Of a stretch of 20,000 nucleotides of DNA, positions 1-8,587 are shown in pieces. The notes under the pieces were generated by a model that searched no databases, was not told the DNA's origin, and was given only the letters and a program-made list of their open reading frames with translations. Position 1 is the first letter of the stretch; each line of letters begins with the position of its first letter. Where the stretch lies: the sequence record DRR378314_253; one strand, written 5' to 3'. The translations under genes were made by a program, and so were the position numbers.

Positions 1-1
1 A

Positions 2-55
2 ATTTTAACAGGCAAAAGAGTTAAAATTTTGTGGAATGGGAACGATTTAGGGTAA
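2..55 (+). CDS. Possible 3' end of an upstream CDS (…ILTGKRVKILWNGNDLG*), truncated by the window edge
   Basis: Frame is open from base 2 to TAA at 53-55 and ends 42 bp before the amidase ATG. Too short to identify. Confidence 0.3.
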   Translation: MLTGKRVKILWNGNDLG

Positions 56-97
56 ACGATGAAAATTGTGCAACACGCACTTTAAAATTTAAACAAA

Positions 98-742
98 ATG
101 AAACGCTTTTGGATAGTTTGCCTTTGGATTGGATTTTCGTTGTTTTGCAATCTCATACTGGCGCAGGAAAATAGACGACAAATGGTAGTCTTAGATCCTG
201 GACATGGGGGAGTGGATTCCGGAGCGATTGGAATTAATGGAATAAAGGAAAAGGATATCGTTCTGGAAGTTGCGAAGGAAGTGATCCGTTTGAACAGGTC
301 CCTGTTCGGGGACACCTTCGATATTTATTTGACCAGATATAACGACACATTAATTTCTCTGAAGGATAGGACCAAGTTGGTAGAAGTTTTACAACCAGAT
401 GTTTTTATTTCTATTCATTGCAATCAGGCAACAAGGAAGGCAGCACAAGGTATTGAAGTCTATGTACGGCAACCAAAGACTACCTTGAACTTAGATTTGC
501 AATCAAAGTCTGAAAACTTGTCGAAAAAATTACTGTCGAAATTCCATAAATCTTTGGGGTTTAAGGTCAGAGGAATGAAATATGCCAATTTTCAGGTGCT
601 CCGGGATACTCGAACAATTTGTCCAGGGGTATTGTTGGAACTGGGGTTCTTGTCCAATTGGGAGGAGGCGGAGCATTCAAGTAAGGTCTCGAGCATAAAA
701 GCATATGCATTGGTAATTTTGAGTGGGATAATTAAATATTGA
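98..742 (+). CDS. N-acetylmuramoyl-L-alanine amidase (Amidase_3 family), secreted, catalytic domain only
   Basis: Zn/catalytic motifs LDPGHGG, EKD, LTR, FISIHCN and LLELGFLSN are intact. Signal peptide ends ILA|Q. Confidence 0.93.
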   Translation: MKRFWIVCLWIGFSLFCNLILAQENRRQMVVLDPGHGGVDSGAIGINGIKEKDIVLEVAKEVIRLNRSLFGDTFDIYLTRYNDTLISLKDRTKLVEVLQPDVFISIHCNQATRKAAQGIEVYVRQPKTTLNLDLQSKSENLSKKLLSKFHKSLGFKVRGMKYANFQVLRDTRTICPGVLLELGFLSNWEEAEHSSKVSSIKAYALVILSGIIKY

Positions 743-885
743 GAATATTAAAGGGATACGGGAAAGGCAAATTACCTGTTGAAGTGTTGACATGCAAGCA
801 AAATTCTGAATGGCATTGCCTACAACTTACCTCCCCAATATCAACATTATTGACTGATAATAAAAATGGGAACTTTAAGATTGAA

Positions 886-1024
886 AATGTGTTTTTAAAA
901 AGGCACGCTGTAATTATAGCAAGTTTTTGTATACAATATTGATTATGAAATTCCACCATAAAGACAATTGACCAATGATTATAACGTTTATCCGGCTCAT
1001 AAATAATGTGTTTTTGAAATGGCA
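886..1024 (+). repeat. Two imperfect 20-bp direct repeats (886-905 and 1005-1024)
   Basis: AATGTGTTTTTAAAAAGGCA vs AATGTGTTTTTGAAATGGCA, 18/20 identical, starts 119 bp apart, in the convergent amidase/HTCS intergenic region. Confidence 0.7.
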
Positions 1025-1052
1025 ATAAAAGTTTAACCTATAATGGTACCGT

Positions 1053-4000
1053 CTAAGAATTCATATATTCTGTAGGTGTCATGTTGAACTGTTTCTGGAA
1101 ATTGCGACCAAAACTGGTTTGAGAATTGTATCCAACCATTTCAGAAACCTCATATATGCGGTATTCCCCTTTTTTAAGCAATTCCGCCGCTTTTTTTAAG
1201 CGCGCAATATTGATCAATTCATTTGGGCTAAGGTCGGACATTTCCTTAATTTTTCTGTACAGTGTAGATCTACTCATAAACATAATATCACTTAAGGTTT
1301 CAACGCTTAGGTCGGGATCTGATATATGTTTGGTAATTACCTCGTCCAATTTTTGTACAAAGGTTTCATCGGTTGCGGTAAGAGCAATGCTTTTAAGGTG
1401 AGCCAAAGGTGAACTGGAATAATAGGACATTATATTTTTACGGTTTTCGATCAAATTTTTAATTTGCACCCTAAGATGGGAAATAGAAAATGGCTTTTCC
1501 AGATAGGCGTCGGCACCGGATTCCAATCCCTCAATTTTGGCATTCAGTGCCTGTTTAGAGGTTAAGAAAATAACCGGAATATGACTGGATTCCAAGGTGC
1601 GTTTAATATTTCTACAGAGATCATAACCATCCATTACTGGCATCATTACATCGGTTACCACAAGTTGAATATTTTTTAATTCTATGATCCTTAGTGCCTC
1701 TTGTCCGTTTGTAGCCTTGTAAACGTTATATAATTCTTTTAAATCATTGGATATAAAATCCAAGAGGTCAATACTGTCCTCTGCTATTAAAATATTAGGT
1801 TTTTTTAAGTCCTCCTCGGTGTCAAGTATGGCCATTTCGGATCTAACATTCTCCAATGTTTGATCTTGTGAATAAAGTTTAAATTCCTTTTCTTGATGAA
1901 TAGGTAACTCTAAAACAAAGGTGTTAAAAGAACCATCGATGTTTGCCATTTCCAAATTGCCATTGTGCAGTTTGGTTAATGAATGTGCCAGGGCCAGACC
2001 AATACCGGTCCCATTCTGGTTTTCTACCCCTGATACCCTAAAAAAGGGTTCAAATATTTTTTTTGAAAGATGTTCCGGGATAATATCCCCATCATTTTGA
2101 ACTTTGAGTTTAAAGCTTTCCTCATTGATTTCCAAACTAACATTTACTTTTTGATGGGCGTATTTTATGGCATTTCCAAAAAGATTGCTCAATATCTTCT
2201 TCACGGCCTCGGCATCCACAAATGCAATTACTTCGGCTTCGCCCAGATTCAACTTAAAATCTATATTCTTATCATTAATAGCTTCAGTAAATCGACTACA
2301 GGTTTTTTTTATTAATTCAGTAATATTACATTCAACAAAGGTGAGACTTATACTCTCCATCTCGGTCTTTCTAAAATCCAACAATTGATTGACCAGATCG
2401 AGGAGTCTGGTAGTATTCTTTTTCATTATGGAAAGATGCCCCATGGCATCGACGGAGTGATTCCCATTCTTTATCAATTTATCCAGAGGACTTTTTATGA
2501 GGGTTAATGGTGTCCTTATTTCGTGGGAAATATTGGTAAAAAATTCAATTTTTGCCTGGTAAACTTCTTTCTCCTTTTTATTACTGAGTTCCTTTATCTT
2601 CTGGTTGTTTTTTGAAACCGTTCGCAAATGATAGAATCTTATTATAAAAAACGCCAATAATGCTAATAAAAGCATGTATAGGAAATAGGCTAGTTTACTT
2701 TTCCAAAAAATGGGCAACACTTCTATTGAGAGCGAATTGGACATGTCGTTCCATACACCATTATTGGTCAATGCTCTAATATTAAAGCTGTACTTACCAG
2801 CAGCCAATTCCGTAAAATGAACCCTATGTTCCTTGTTTAATGTAATCCAATCATTACTAATACCTTTCATTTGATACATATACTCCGTAGATTCCGGACC
2901 TATATAACTTAAGGCAGCAAAATCCAGACTAAAGGAAGACTGGTTAGAGTTTAGTACCATATTATCCAGAAAAGTTACCGATTTCTGTAAAGGGGAATCA
3001 TCCACTCCAACAATCGCCTCTTGATTATTTATTTGAAGACCAGTTATTAAAATGGGTGGCACATAAGTGTTGTTGGCAAAGTTTTTTGGATTAAAACTTA
3101 TCATTCCGTTAACGCTGCCAAAATACATAGTTCCGTCAGGGCTTTTGTAGCCTGAATTATAATTAAACTGATCGCTGAGCAAACCACTTTCCTTGGTATA
3201 GATTCTTTTATGACCCGTTAAAACTTCATATTCCACTAGTCCATTGGAGGTAGTAATCCAAAGTTCATTATCATTTCCCTCTAACAGGGAATAGAATGCA
3301 TTACTTGGGAATCCATCTTTGGTTCCATATTTCTTAAAGGATTTTTTAATCGGGTCGTATTGATTTAGTCCATTTTCTGTTGTAACCCAAATGGTATCAT
3401 TATTGTCTTGAAATATACCATTTATGTGGTTGTTACTTATAGCCTCCGCATTATGGCTGTCATATTTGAAATTACTGTTTTCGCCAGTTTTTGTATTGTA
3501 ATAAAATAATCCTTCAGAATAACTACCGGCCCAATATCCCCCATTGTTATCTTCAAAAAAGCAGGTATAATGTATATGTTGGGGAAAAGTCCCGACCAAG
3601 TCAAAATTATCGGTTTGAGGGTTATAGGATTGTATGGCGGAAGTGGATATGACAATGATATCATTTGATCTTGTTTTATGAAGTGAAAAAATAAAATTAT
3701 TACTGAGTGTACTCCTACCTCCCATATTGTAATGTGCTACAATTTTGTTCTGCCCAACGTCTAGTACATCCAATCCATGATCAAAAGTGCCTATCCATAC
3801 CTTGTCATCCATGGGCAGTATGCCGTGAATATTGTAATGTGACAAAATGCCTCCCTTATCCTTGGAGGTGTAATTTGTGAACTTCCCAGTTGCTATATTG
3901 AACTTATTTAATCCTGCATCCTCTGTTCCTATCCATAAATTCCCTTGATTGTCAGGACGAATTTCCCGTACGGCATTCCCGCTAATAGAATTTTCAGATG

Positions 4001-5006
4001 AAGACGGAAAATACTTCTTAAAGTAATTGTACTGGTTAGGATGGTAATTTACCCCGCCAAAATAAGTGCCTGCCCAAACACTGCCTTCGTCGTCCACTGT
4101 TAGCGCATAAACTGCGTTATCCGCCAAAGCATAAGGATTGTTATAGTTTTTCACCAAGTTTGTATAGGCTTTTTCTTTAAAATTATATAAATGAATGCCT
4201 GATTCCGAGGCAACCCAAAGCTCTTCGTTCCCTCTCATGGCAAAATCCCTTACATAAATAGGTCCCTTGAGTTCCTCAAGCATTTCCAAAATTTTGCCCT
4301 CCAGAATATCATATGCAAGTACGCCATGATTTTGGGTACCCAACAAGATTATATGGTCGTTTAAATTAAATAAGCGGTTAATTCGGAATGGTAATTTAGG
4401 ATCGCCCAGAACATTTAGATTATAGCCTTTAAAGATTTTGGATGCCTTATCATATATATAAAGCTCGTTACTGGATGCAGCTATAATTTCATTATCGTTT
4501 GTTTTTAGGATTGCTGTAGCATTAAAAAATAGGTCAGTTGGAAAGGTAACCGTTTTCTTGGTTTTGGTATCGTACTTGTTCATTGCACTATTCGCAATAT
4601 ACCATAGATTCCCATCAGCGTCATTCATAAGGCCCAAAATATGTTTAGTATTGGTGCCTTCCAACAAATCAAAATTTTCTTGTTTTTCGTTATAACTATA
4701 CAGACCATTGTCCGTACCTACCCAAAGAATGTCTTCATGTTCATGAAGACATTCTATATATGTCCCGCGTAAACTTTTTGCATCCTCTGAATTATTTTGA
4801 AACAATTTAAACGTATACCCATCAAATCTATTCAGTCCATTTTTTGTTCCAAACCACATGAATCCATTCTTGTCCTGTAACGAGCTTAGAACAGTATTAT
4901 GGGACAGACCATCTTCTACCTTATAATGTTCAAAGTAAAATTCCTGAGACCATATGAAATTGGAAACCAAGTAAGTAATTAGTAATAAAACAACATTCTT
5001 TTTCAC
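1053..5006 (-). CDS. Hybrid two-component system sensor kinase/response regulator (beta-propeller, Y_Y_Y, TM, HisKA, HATPase, REC, AraC HTH); PUL regulator
   Basis: GTG start and signal peptide (IWS|Q). Repeated propeller motifs (DGL…WFGT.NGL, LWIGT..GL). TM helix LAYFLYMLLLALLAFFII. H-box NISHEIRTPLTLI, N-box NLFGNAIKY, G-box GTGIGL, receiver TDVMMP…YLEKPF, AraC MSRSTLYRKIK…VGYNSQTSFGRNFQKQFNMTPTEY. Confidence 0.97.
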   Translation of the reverse strand: MKKNVVLLLITYLVSNFIWSQEFYFEHYKVEDGLSHNTVLSSLQDKNGFMWFGTKNGLNRFDGYTFKLFQNNSEDAKSLRGTYIECLHEHEDILWVGTDNGLYSYNEKQENFDLLEGTNTKHILGLMNDADGNLWYIANSAMNKYDTKTKKTVTFPTDLFFNATAILKTNDNEIIAASSNELYIYDKASKIFKGYNLNVLGDPKLPFRINRLFNLNDHIILLGTQNHGVLAYDILEGKILEMLEELKGPIYVRDFAMRGNEELWVASESGIHLYNFKEKAYTNLVKNYNNPYALADNAVYALTVDDEGSVWAGTYFGGVNYHPNQYNYFKKYFPSSSENSISGNAVREIRPDNQGNLWIGTEDAGLNKFNIATGKFTNYTSKDKGGILSHYNIHGILPMDDKVWIGTFDHGLDVLDVGQNKIVAHYNMGGRSTLSNNFIFSLHKTRSNDIIVISTSAIQSYNPQTDNFDLVGTFPQHIHYTCFFEDNNGGYWAGSYSEGLFYYNTKTGENSNFKYDSHNAEAISNNHINGIFQDNNDTIWVTTENGLNQYDPIKKSFKKYGTKDGFPSNAFYSLLEGNDNELWITTSNGLVEYEVLTGHKRIYTKESGLLSDQFNYNSGYKSPDGTMYFGSVNGMISFNPKNFANNTYVPPILITGLQINNQEAIVGVDDSPLQKSVTFLDNMVLNSNQSSFSLDFAALSYIGPESTEYMYQMKGISNDWITLNKEHRVHFTELAAGKYSFNIRALTNNGVWNDMSNSLSIEVLPIFWKSKLAYFLYMLLLALLAFFIIRFYHLRTVSKNNQKIKELSNKKEKEVYQAKIEFFTNISHEIRTPLTLIKSPLDKLIKNGNHSVDAMGHLSIMKKNTTRLLDLVNQLLDFRKTEMESISLTFVECNITELIKKTCSRFTEAINDKNIDFKLNLGEAEVIAFVDAEAVKKILSNLFGNAIKYAHQKVNVSLEINEESFKLKVQNDGDIIPEHLSKKIFEPFFRVSGVENQNGTGIGLALAHSLTKLHNGNLEMANIDGSFNTFVLELPIHQEKEFKLYSQDQTLENVRSEMAILDTEEDLKKPNILIAEDSIDLLDFISNDLKELYNVYKATNGQEALRIIELKNIQLVVTDVMMPVMDGYDLCRNIKRTLESSHIPVIFLTSKQALNAKIEGLESGADAYLEKPFSISHLRVQIKNLIENRKNIMSYYSSSPLAHLKSIALTATDETFVQKLDEVITKHISDPDLSVETLSDIMFMSRSTLYRKIKEMSDLSPNELINIARLKKAAELLKKGEYRIYEVSEMVGYNSQTSFGRNFQKQFNMTPTEYMNS

Positions 5007-5111
5007 CGTTCAACAATTTTTGGAAAATATAAAACTTTTTGTTCTACATAATGTTTCACTATTCTACAATTTAGTTCAATAAGACCAATCGCCAAGACAA
5101 AGGGTGGATTA

Positions 5112-5140
5112 TGAATCAATTCGGAGAACTATTGAAACAA
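5112..5140 (+). promoter_or_regulatory. Candidate HTCS (AraC-type) binding site: direct repeat TGAATCAA / TGAAACAA with 21-bp period
   Basis: Half-sites at 5112-5119 and 5133-5140 are two helical turns apart and lie about 30 bp upstream of a -7-like element. This geometry is typical of Bacteroidota HTCS sites. Confidence 0.5.
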
Positions 5141-5169
5141 AATTAAAGTTAAAACCTTCTTAATTTTCT

Positions 5170-5177
5170 TCTATTTG
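5170..5177 (+). promoter_or_regulatory. Candidate non-consensus Bacteroidota -7 promoter element for susC (TCTATTTG; consensus TAnnTTTG)
   Basis: One mismatch to the consensus. No clear TTTG -33 box, consistent with an activator-dependent promoter. Confidence 0.35.
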
Positions 5178-5423
5178 CTTCAACTGCTAAATTGACAGTT
5201 TACAAAGATGAAGTAAATGTTATTGTCAACAGTAAAGTCATAAAATTATTATATCGGTAAAAAATTAACCAAATATTTAACCCATACCGATATGGCTTTT
5301 AGGTTGATGATGCACACTAAGCTTATATCTATAAATGTGAACTGTTGAATTTTGATCCATGCAGTGAATAAATAACATTTTAACAACTAACTAAAACTTA
5401 ATTACATTAAAAATGAAAACAAC

Positions 5424-8400
5424 ATGAAGACAATCTTAAAAAAATTATTTCAACAGTTCTGTTTGCTGGGTATCTTCTTAGTGGTTTCCCAATCCTATTC
5501 GCAGGATAAATTGAAGATTTCAGGAAATGTTAGTTCGGAAACGGACACCATGCCTTTGCCAGGCGTATCTGTAATTGTAAAGGGAACAAATAATGGTGTT
5601 TCCACTGATTTTGATGGAAACTACACTATTGAAGCTCCAACAAATGCGGTACTCGTCTTTAGTTACATTGGTTTCAAGACTACGGAGTTACCGGTAAACG
5701 GCCAGACTACAATTGATCTGCAAATATCAGATGACGTGGCTGCCTTGGATGAGGTAGTGGTAACGGGATATTCTTCTCAAGAGAAAAAATCCATTACGGC
5801 CGCTATATCCACGGTAACAAGTGAGGACTTGGAAAGTGTCCACGCCGGAGCATCCGTAAGTTCAGGGCTCGCAGGGAAAATTTCAGGGGTAACCTTTAAA
5901 ATGCCTGATGGCCGTCCCGGAGCTACTGCTGCCATTCAAATTCGAAATATGGGTAATCCTTTATATGTTATAGATGGGATACAGCAAGACGCCGGCCAGT
6001 TTAATAACATTTCGCCAGGGGATATCGAAAGCATTTCTGTTCTTAAGGATGCGTCTGCGGCAATTTATGGTGTCAGGGCCGCAAATGGGGTTGTTGTTGT
6101 AACCACAAAACGTGGTAAAAAGAACACCAAAAACGTGGTTAACGTTAATTCCTATTACGGAGGGCAAAACTGGTCAAGATTTCCTGAGACCGTAAATGAT
6201 TCCTATGTGTATATGTCCAAAAAGGCTGAGGCCGATCTGAACGAATTTGGGGAAACGCAAATCACGAATGAAGAATTGGAGAAATATCGTTTGGGCACAG
6301 AAGCAGGTTATAAATCATTTGATTGGAAAAACTTCATAATAAAGAAAGATGCCCCTCTGTATAGCTTAAATGTAAGTACTTCTGGAGGATCGGATAAAAT
6401 CAACTACTACATTTCTGGAACCCAATTAAAGCAGGAAGCCGTTTTGGGTCCTGAATTTAATTTTGAGCGTAATAACATTCAAAGTAATTTGGATGCCAAT
6501 ATTACTGATCGATTAAAGGTTGGAGTTCAGATTAACGGTAGAATAGAAACTACAGACAACCCTGGGATTCCTGGTGCCGATGATTATTGGCTTCCACGAT
6601 TTGCCATTTTACGAAACCGCCCCTTCGAACGTCCCTATGCCAATGACAACCCTGAATATCTTAACGATATTGGTCACAATGAGACCAACTGGGCATTGCA
6701 CAATAAGAAAATTGGAGGTTATTCGACCAATATCTGGAGAGTGTTACAAACGAACTTTAGTGGGGAATATAAATTTGGTGGCTTCGCAGAGGGTCTTACC
6801 GTTAAAGGAATGTATTCCTATTATATTGCCGATCAGGTTTTAAATGGACATGAATATACTTATGATGCATATACCTATGATGCGGCCAACGACGCCTATA
6901 ATGCTACAGGTGGTAGCTCCAACCCATGGAGGGAACGAAGAAATCGAAAGATTCTTAAAAATGTTTACCAAGGTCAAGCCACCTACAAAAAATCATTTGG
7001 GAATGATCATAATGTTGAAGGGCTATTTTTAGTAGAACGCCAAGAGCAACGTGACCAAAACCAATGGGTACGTTCTGTGCCTGAGACAAATATTTTGCCC
7101 TTGATCTATTTTGCGAACGTAGTAGAATTTCAAGATGCCGATAATGAAGAGGCACGGATAGGGTACATTGGCAAATTCAACTATAACTATAAGGACAAAT
7201 ATTATTTGGAGCTTTCTGGAAGACAGGATGCCTCATGGAAATTTGCCCCAAGTAAGCGAAAGGGCTTTTTCCCTTCGGGTTCAATTGGTTGGAGGATTAC
7301 CGAAGAAGACTGGTATAAAAATATTGCTGGGGAAGATGCATGGGTTTCGGAATTTAAAATAAGAGGTTCATATGGTGTTTTAGGTGATGACGATATTGGT
7401 ATCGGCGCCTATGACTATTTACCAGGTTATAATTATAATACGGGAACCGTAATTTTAGATGGCCAACCTATCGTAGGCGCACGGGATAAAGGCCAGATTG
7501 TGGACAACATATCTTGGTTTAAAAGTAAGATTACCGACATAGGGATGGATTTTACCCTTTTTGATGGAAAGATTAACGGATCATATGATTACTTCTACAG
7601 ATTACGAACAGGATTAAGGGGGCGGAAATATGATATTTTAATTCCTAGTGAATTAGGGTATGGTCTGCCGGATGAAAACGTAAATAGTGATGCACAGTCT
7701 GGTTTTGAAGGAGCCTTAAGTTACAGTGATAGTTTCGGGGACTTTAATTTGACTGTCTCAGGTAACGCTTCTTATTCCCGAGGTAAGTTTATAGAATCCT
7801 ACAAACCTAGATTTGAAAATTCCTGGCAGGAATACAGGGCTTCCAATGAAGGTCGGTTTAATGATATTAGATGGGGGTTTAACACTATTGGCCAATTTCA
7901 ATCTCAAGAAGAGATCAACAATTACCCTGTAGACATTGATGGTCAGGGTAACAGAACTTTGTTGCCAGGAGATTTGATATATGAAGATTTAAATGGCGAC
8001 GGAAGAATAAACGGATATGACGAGAAACCTATTGGTTACAATTTCGGGAAGCAGCCTTCTGTGAATTTTGGACTTAGTATCCGTATGGCCTACAAAGGAT
8101 TTGATTTTACTTCTGATTTTTCCGGAGGTTCCGGGTATTCATGGTCACAGGAATGGGAAACTAGATGGGCCTTCCAGAACCAAGGCGCATTGAACACCAT
8201 ATTTTTGGACAGCTGGAGCAGACAAGATCCTTCAGATCCTAACAGTGCTTGGAATCCTGGTAAATATCCGGCACTACGATATAATGCGTCTTATCACAGT
8301 AATTATAGAGGAGGTCAGGCATCTAGCTTCTGGATGCATAATGTCACTTATTTAAGGGCAAGAACAATAGAGCTGGGGTATTCATTACCAAAACCAATTC

Positions 8401-8567
8401 TAGAAAAAATAGGCCTGCAAAAGGCGAGGTTCTATATTAATGGTTATAACCTATTTTCCTTTGATAACCTATCCAAATTTGGTATCGACCCAGAGGTCAA
8501 TGATACTAATGGATTGCAGTACCCACAGAACAAATTCGTAAACGTTGGGGTAAACCTATCTATATAA
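5424..8567 (+). CDS. susC: SusC/RagA family TonB-dependent outer-membrane transporter
   Basis: Signal peptide (SYS|Q). CarboxypepD_reg-like N-domain (PLPGVSVIVKGT…TDFDGNY), LDEVVVTGY, plug motifs NPLYVIDG and IESISVLKDASAAIYGVRAANGVVVVTTK, C-terminal YPQNKFVNVGVNLSI. Confidence 0.97.
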   Translation: MKTILKKLFQQFCLLGIFLVVSQSYSQDKLKISGNVSSETDTMPLPGVSVIVKGTNNGVSTDFDGNYTIEAPTNAVLVFSYIGFKTTELPVNGQTTIDLQISDDVAALDEVVVTGYSSQEKKSITAAISTVTSEDLESVHAGASVSSGLAGKISGVTFKMPDGRPGATAAIQIRNMGNPLYVIDGIQQDAGQFNNISPGDIESISVLKDASAAIYGVRAANGVVVVTTKRGKKNTKNVVNVNSYYGGQNWSRFPETVNDSYVYMSKKAEADLNEFGETQITNEELEKYRLGTEAGYKSFDWKNFIIKKDAPLYSLNVSTSGGSDKINYYISGTQLKQEAVLGPEFNFERNNIQSNLDANITDRLKVGVQINGRIETTDNPGIPGADDYWLPRFAILRNRPFERPYANDNPEYLNDIGHNETNWALHNKKIGGYSTNIWRVLQTNFSGEYKFGGFAEGLTVKGMYSYYIADQVLNGHEYTYDAYTYDAANDAYNATGGSSNPWRERRNRKILKNVYQGQATYKKSFGNDHNVEGLFLVERQEQRDQNQWVRSVPETNILPLIYFANVVEFQDADNEEARIGYIGKFNYNYKDKYYLELSGRQDASWKFAPSKRKGFFPSGSIGWRITEEDWYKNIAGEDAWVSEFKIRGSYGVLGDDDIGIGAYDYLPGYNYNTGTVILDGQPIVGARDKGQIVDNISWFKSKITDIGMDFTLFDGKINGSYDYFYRLRTGLRGRKYDILIPSELGYGLPDENVNSDAQSGFEGALSYSDSFGDFNLTVSGNASYSRGKFIESYKPRFENSWQEYRASNEGRFNDIRWGFNTIGQFQSQEEINNYPVDIDGQGNRTLLPGDLIYEDLNGDGRINGYDEKPIGYNFGKQPSVNFGLSIRMAYKGFDFTSDFSGGSGYSWSQEWETRWAFQNQGALNTIFLDSWSRQDPSDPNSAWNPGKYPALRYNASYHSNYRGGQASSFWMHNVTYLRARTIELGYSLPKPILEKIGLQKARFYINGYNLFSFDNLSKFGIDPEVNDTNGLQYPQNKFVNVGVNLSI

Positions 8568-8587
8568 ATAGTAAAAATTTATACGCA

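Noticed and set aside
1-28. 9-bp inverted repeat AATTTTAAC / GTTAAAATT
   Set aside because: Almost all A/T, at the window edge and probably inside an upstream CDS. Likely chance.
732-1025. ORFs 739..942 (+) and 732..1025 (-) between the amidase and HTCS
   Set aside because: They overlap each other and the amidase end, and show no recognisable motif. Likely chance ORFs, though a degraded remnant cannot be excluded.
1800-2310. T-runs of 7-8 nt in the HTCS gene
   Set aside because: Expected from Lys codons in AT-rich DNA, and the frame is intact.
3100-4930. Recurrent sequence motifs in the HTCS N-terminal half
   Set aside because: These are ordinary beta-propeller repeats of the HTCS sensor, not a DNA repeat array.
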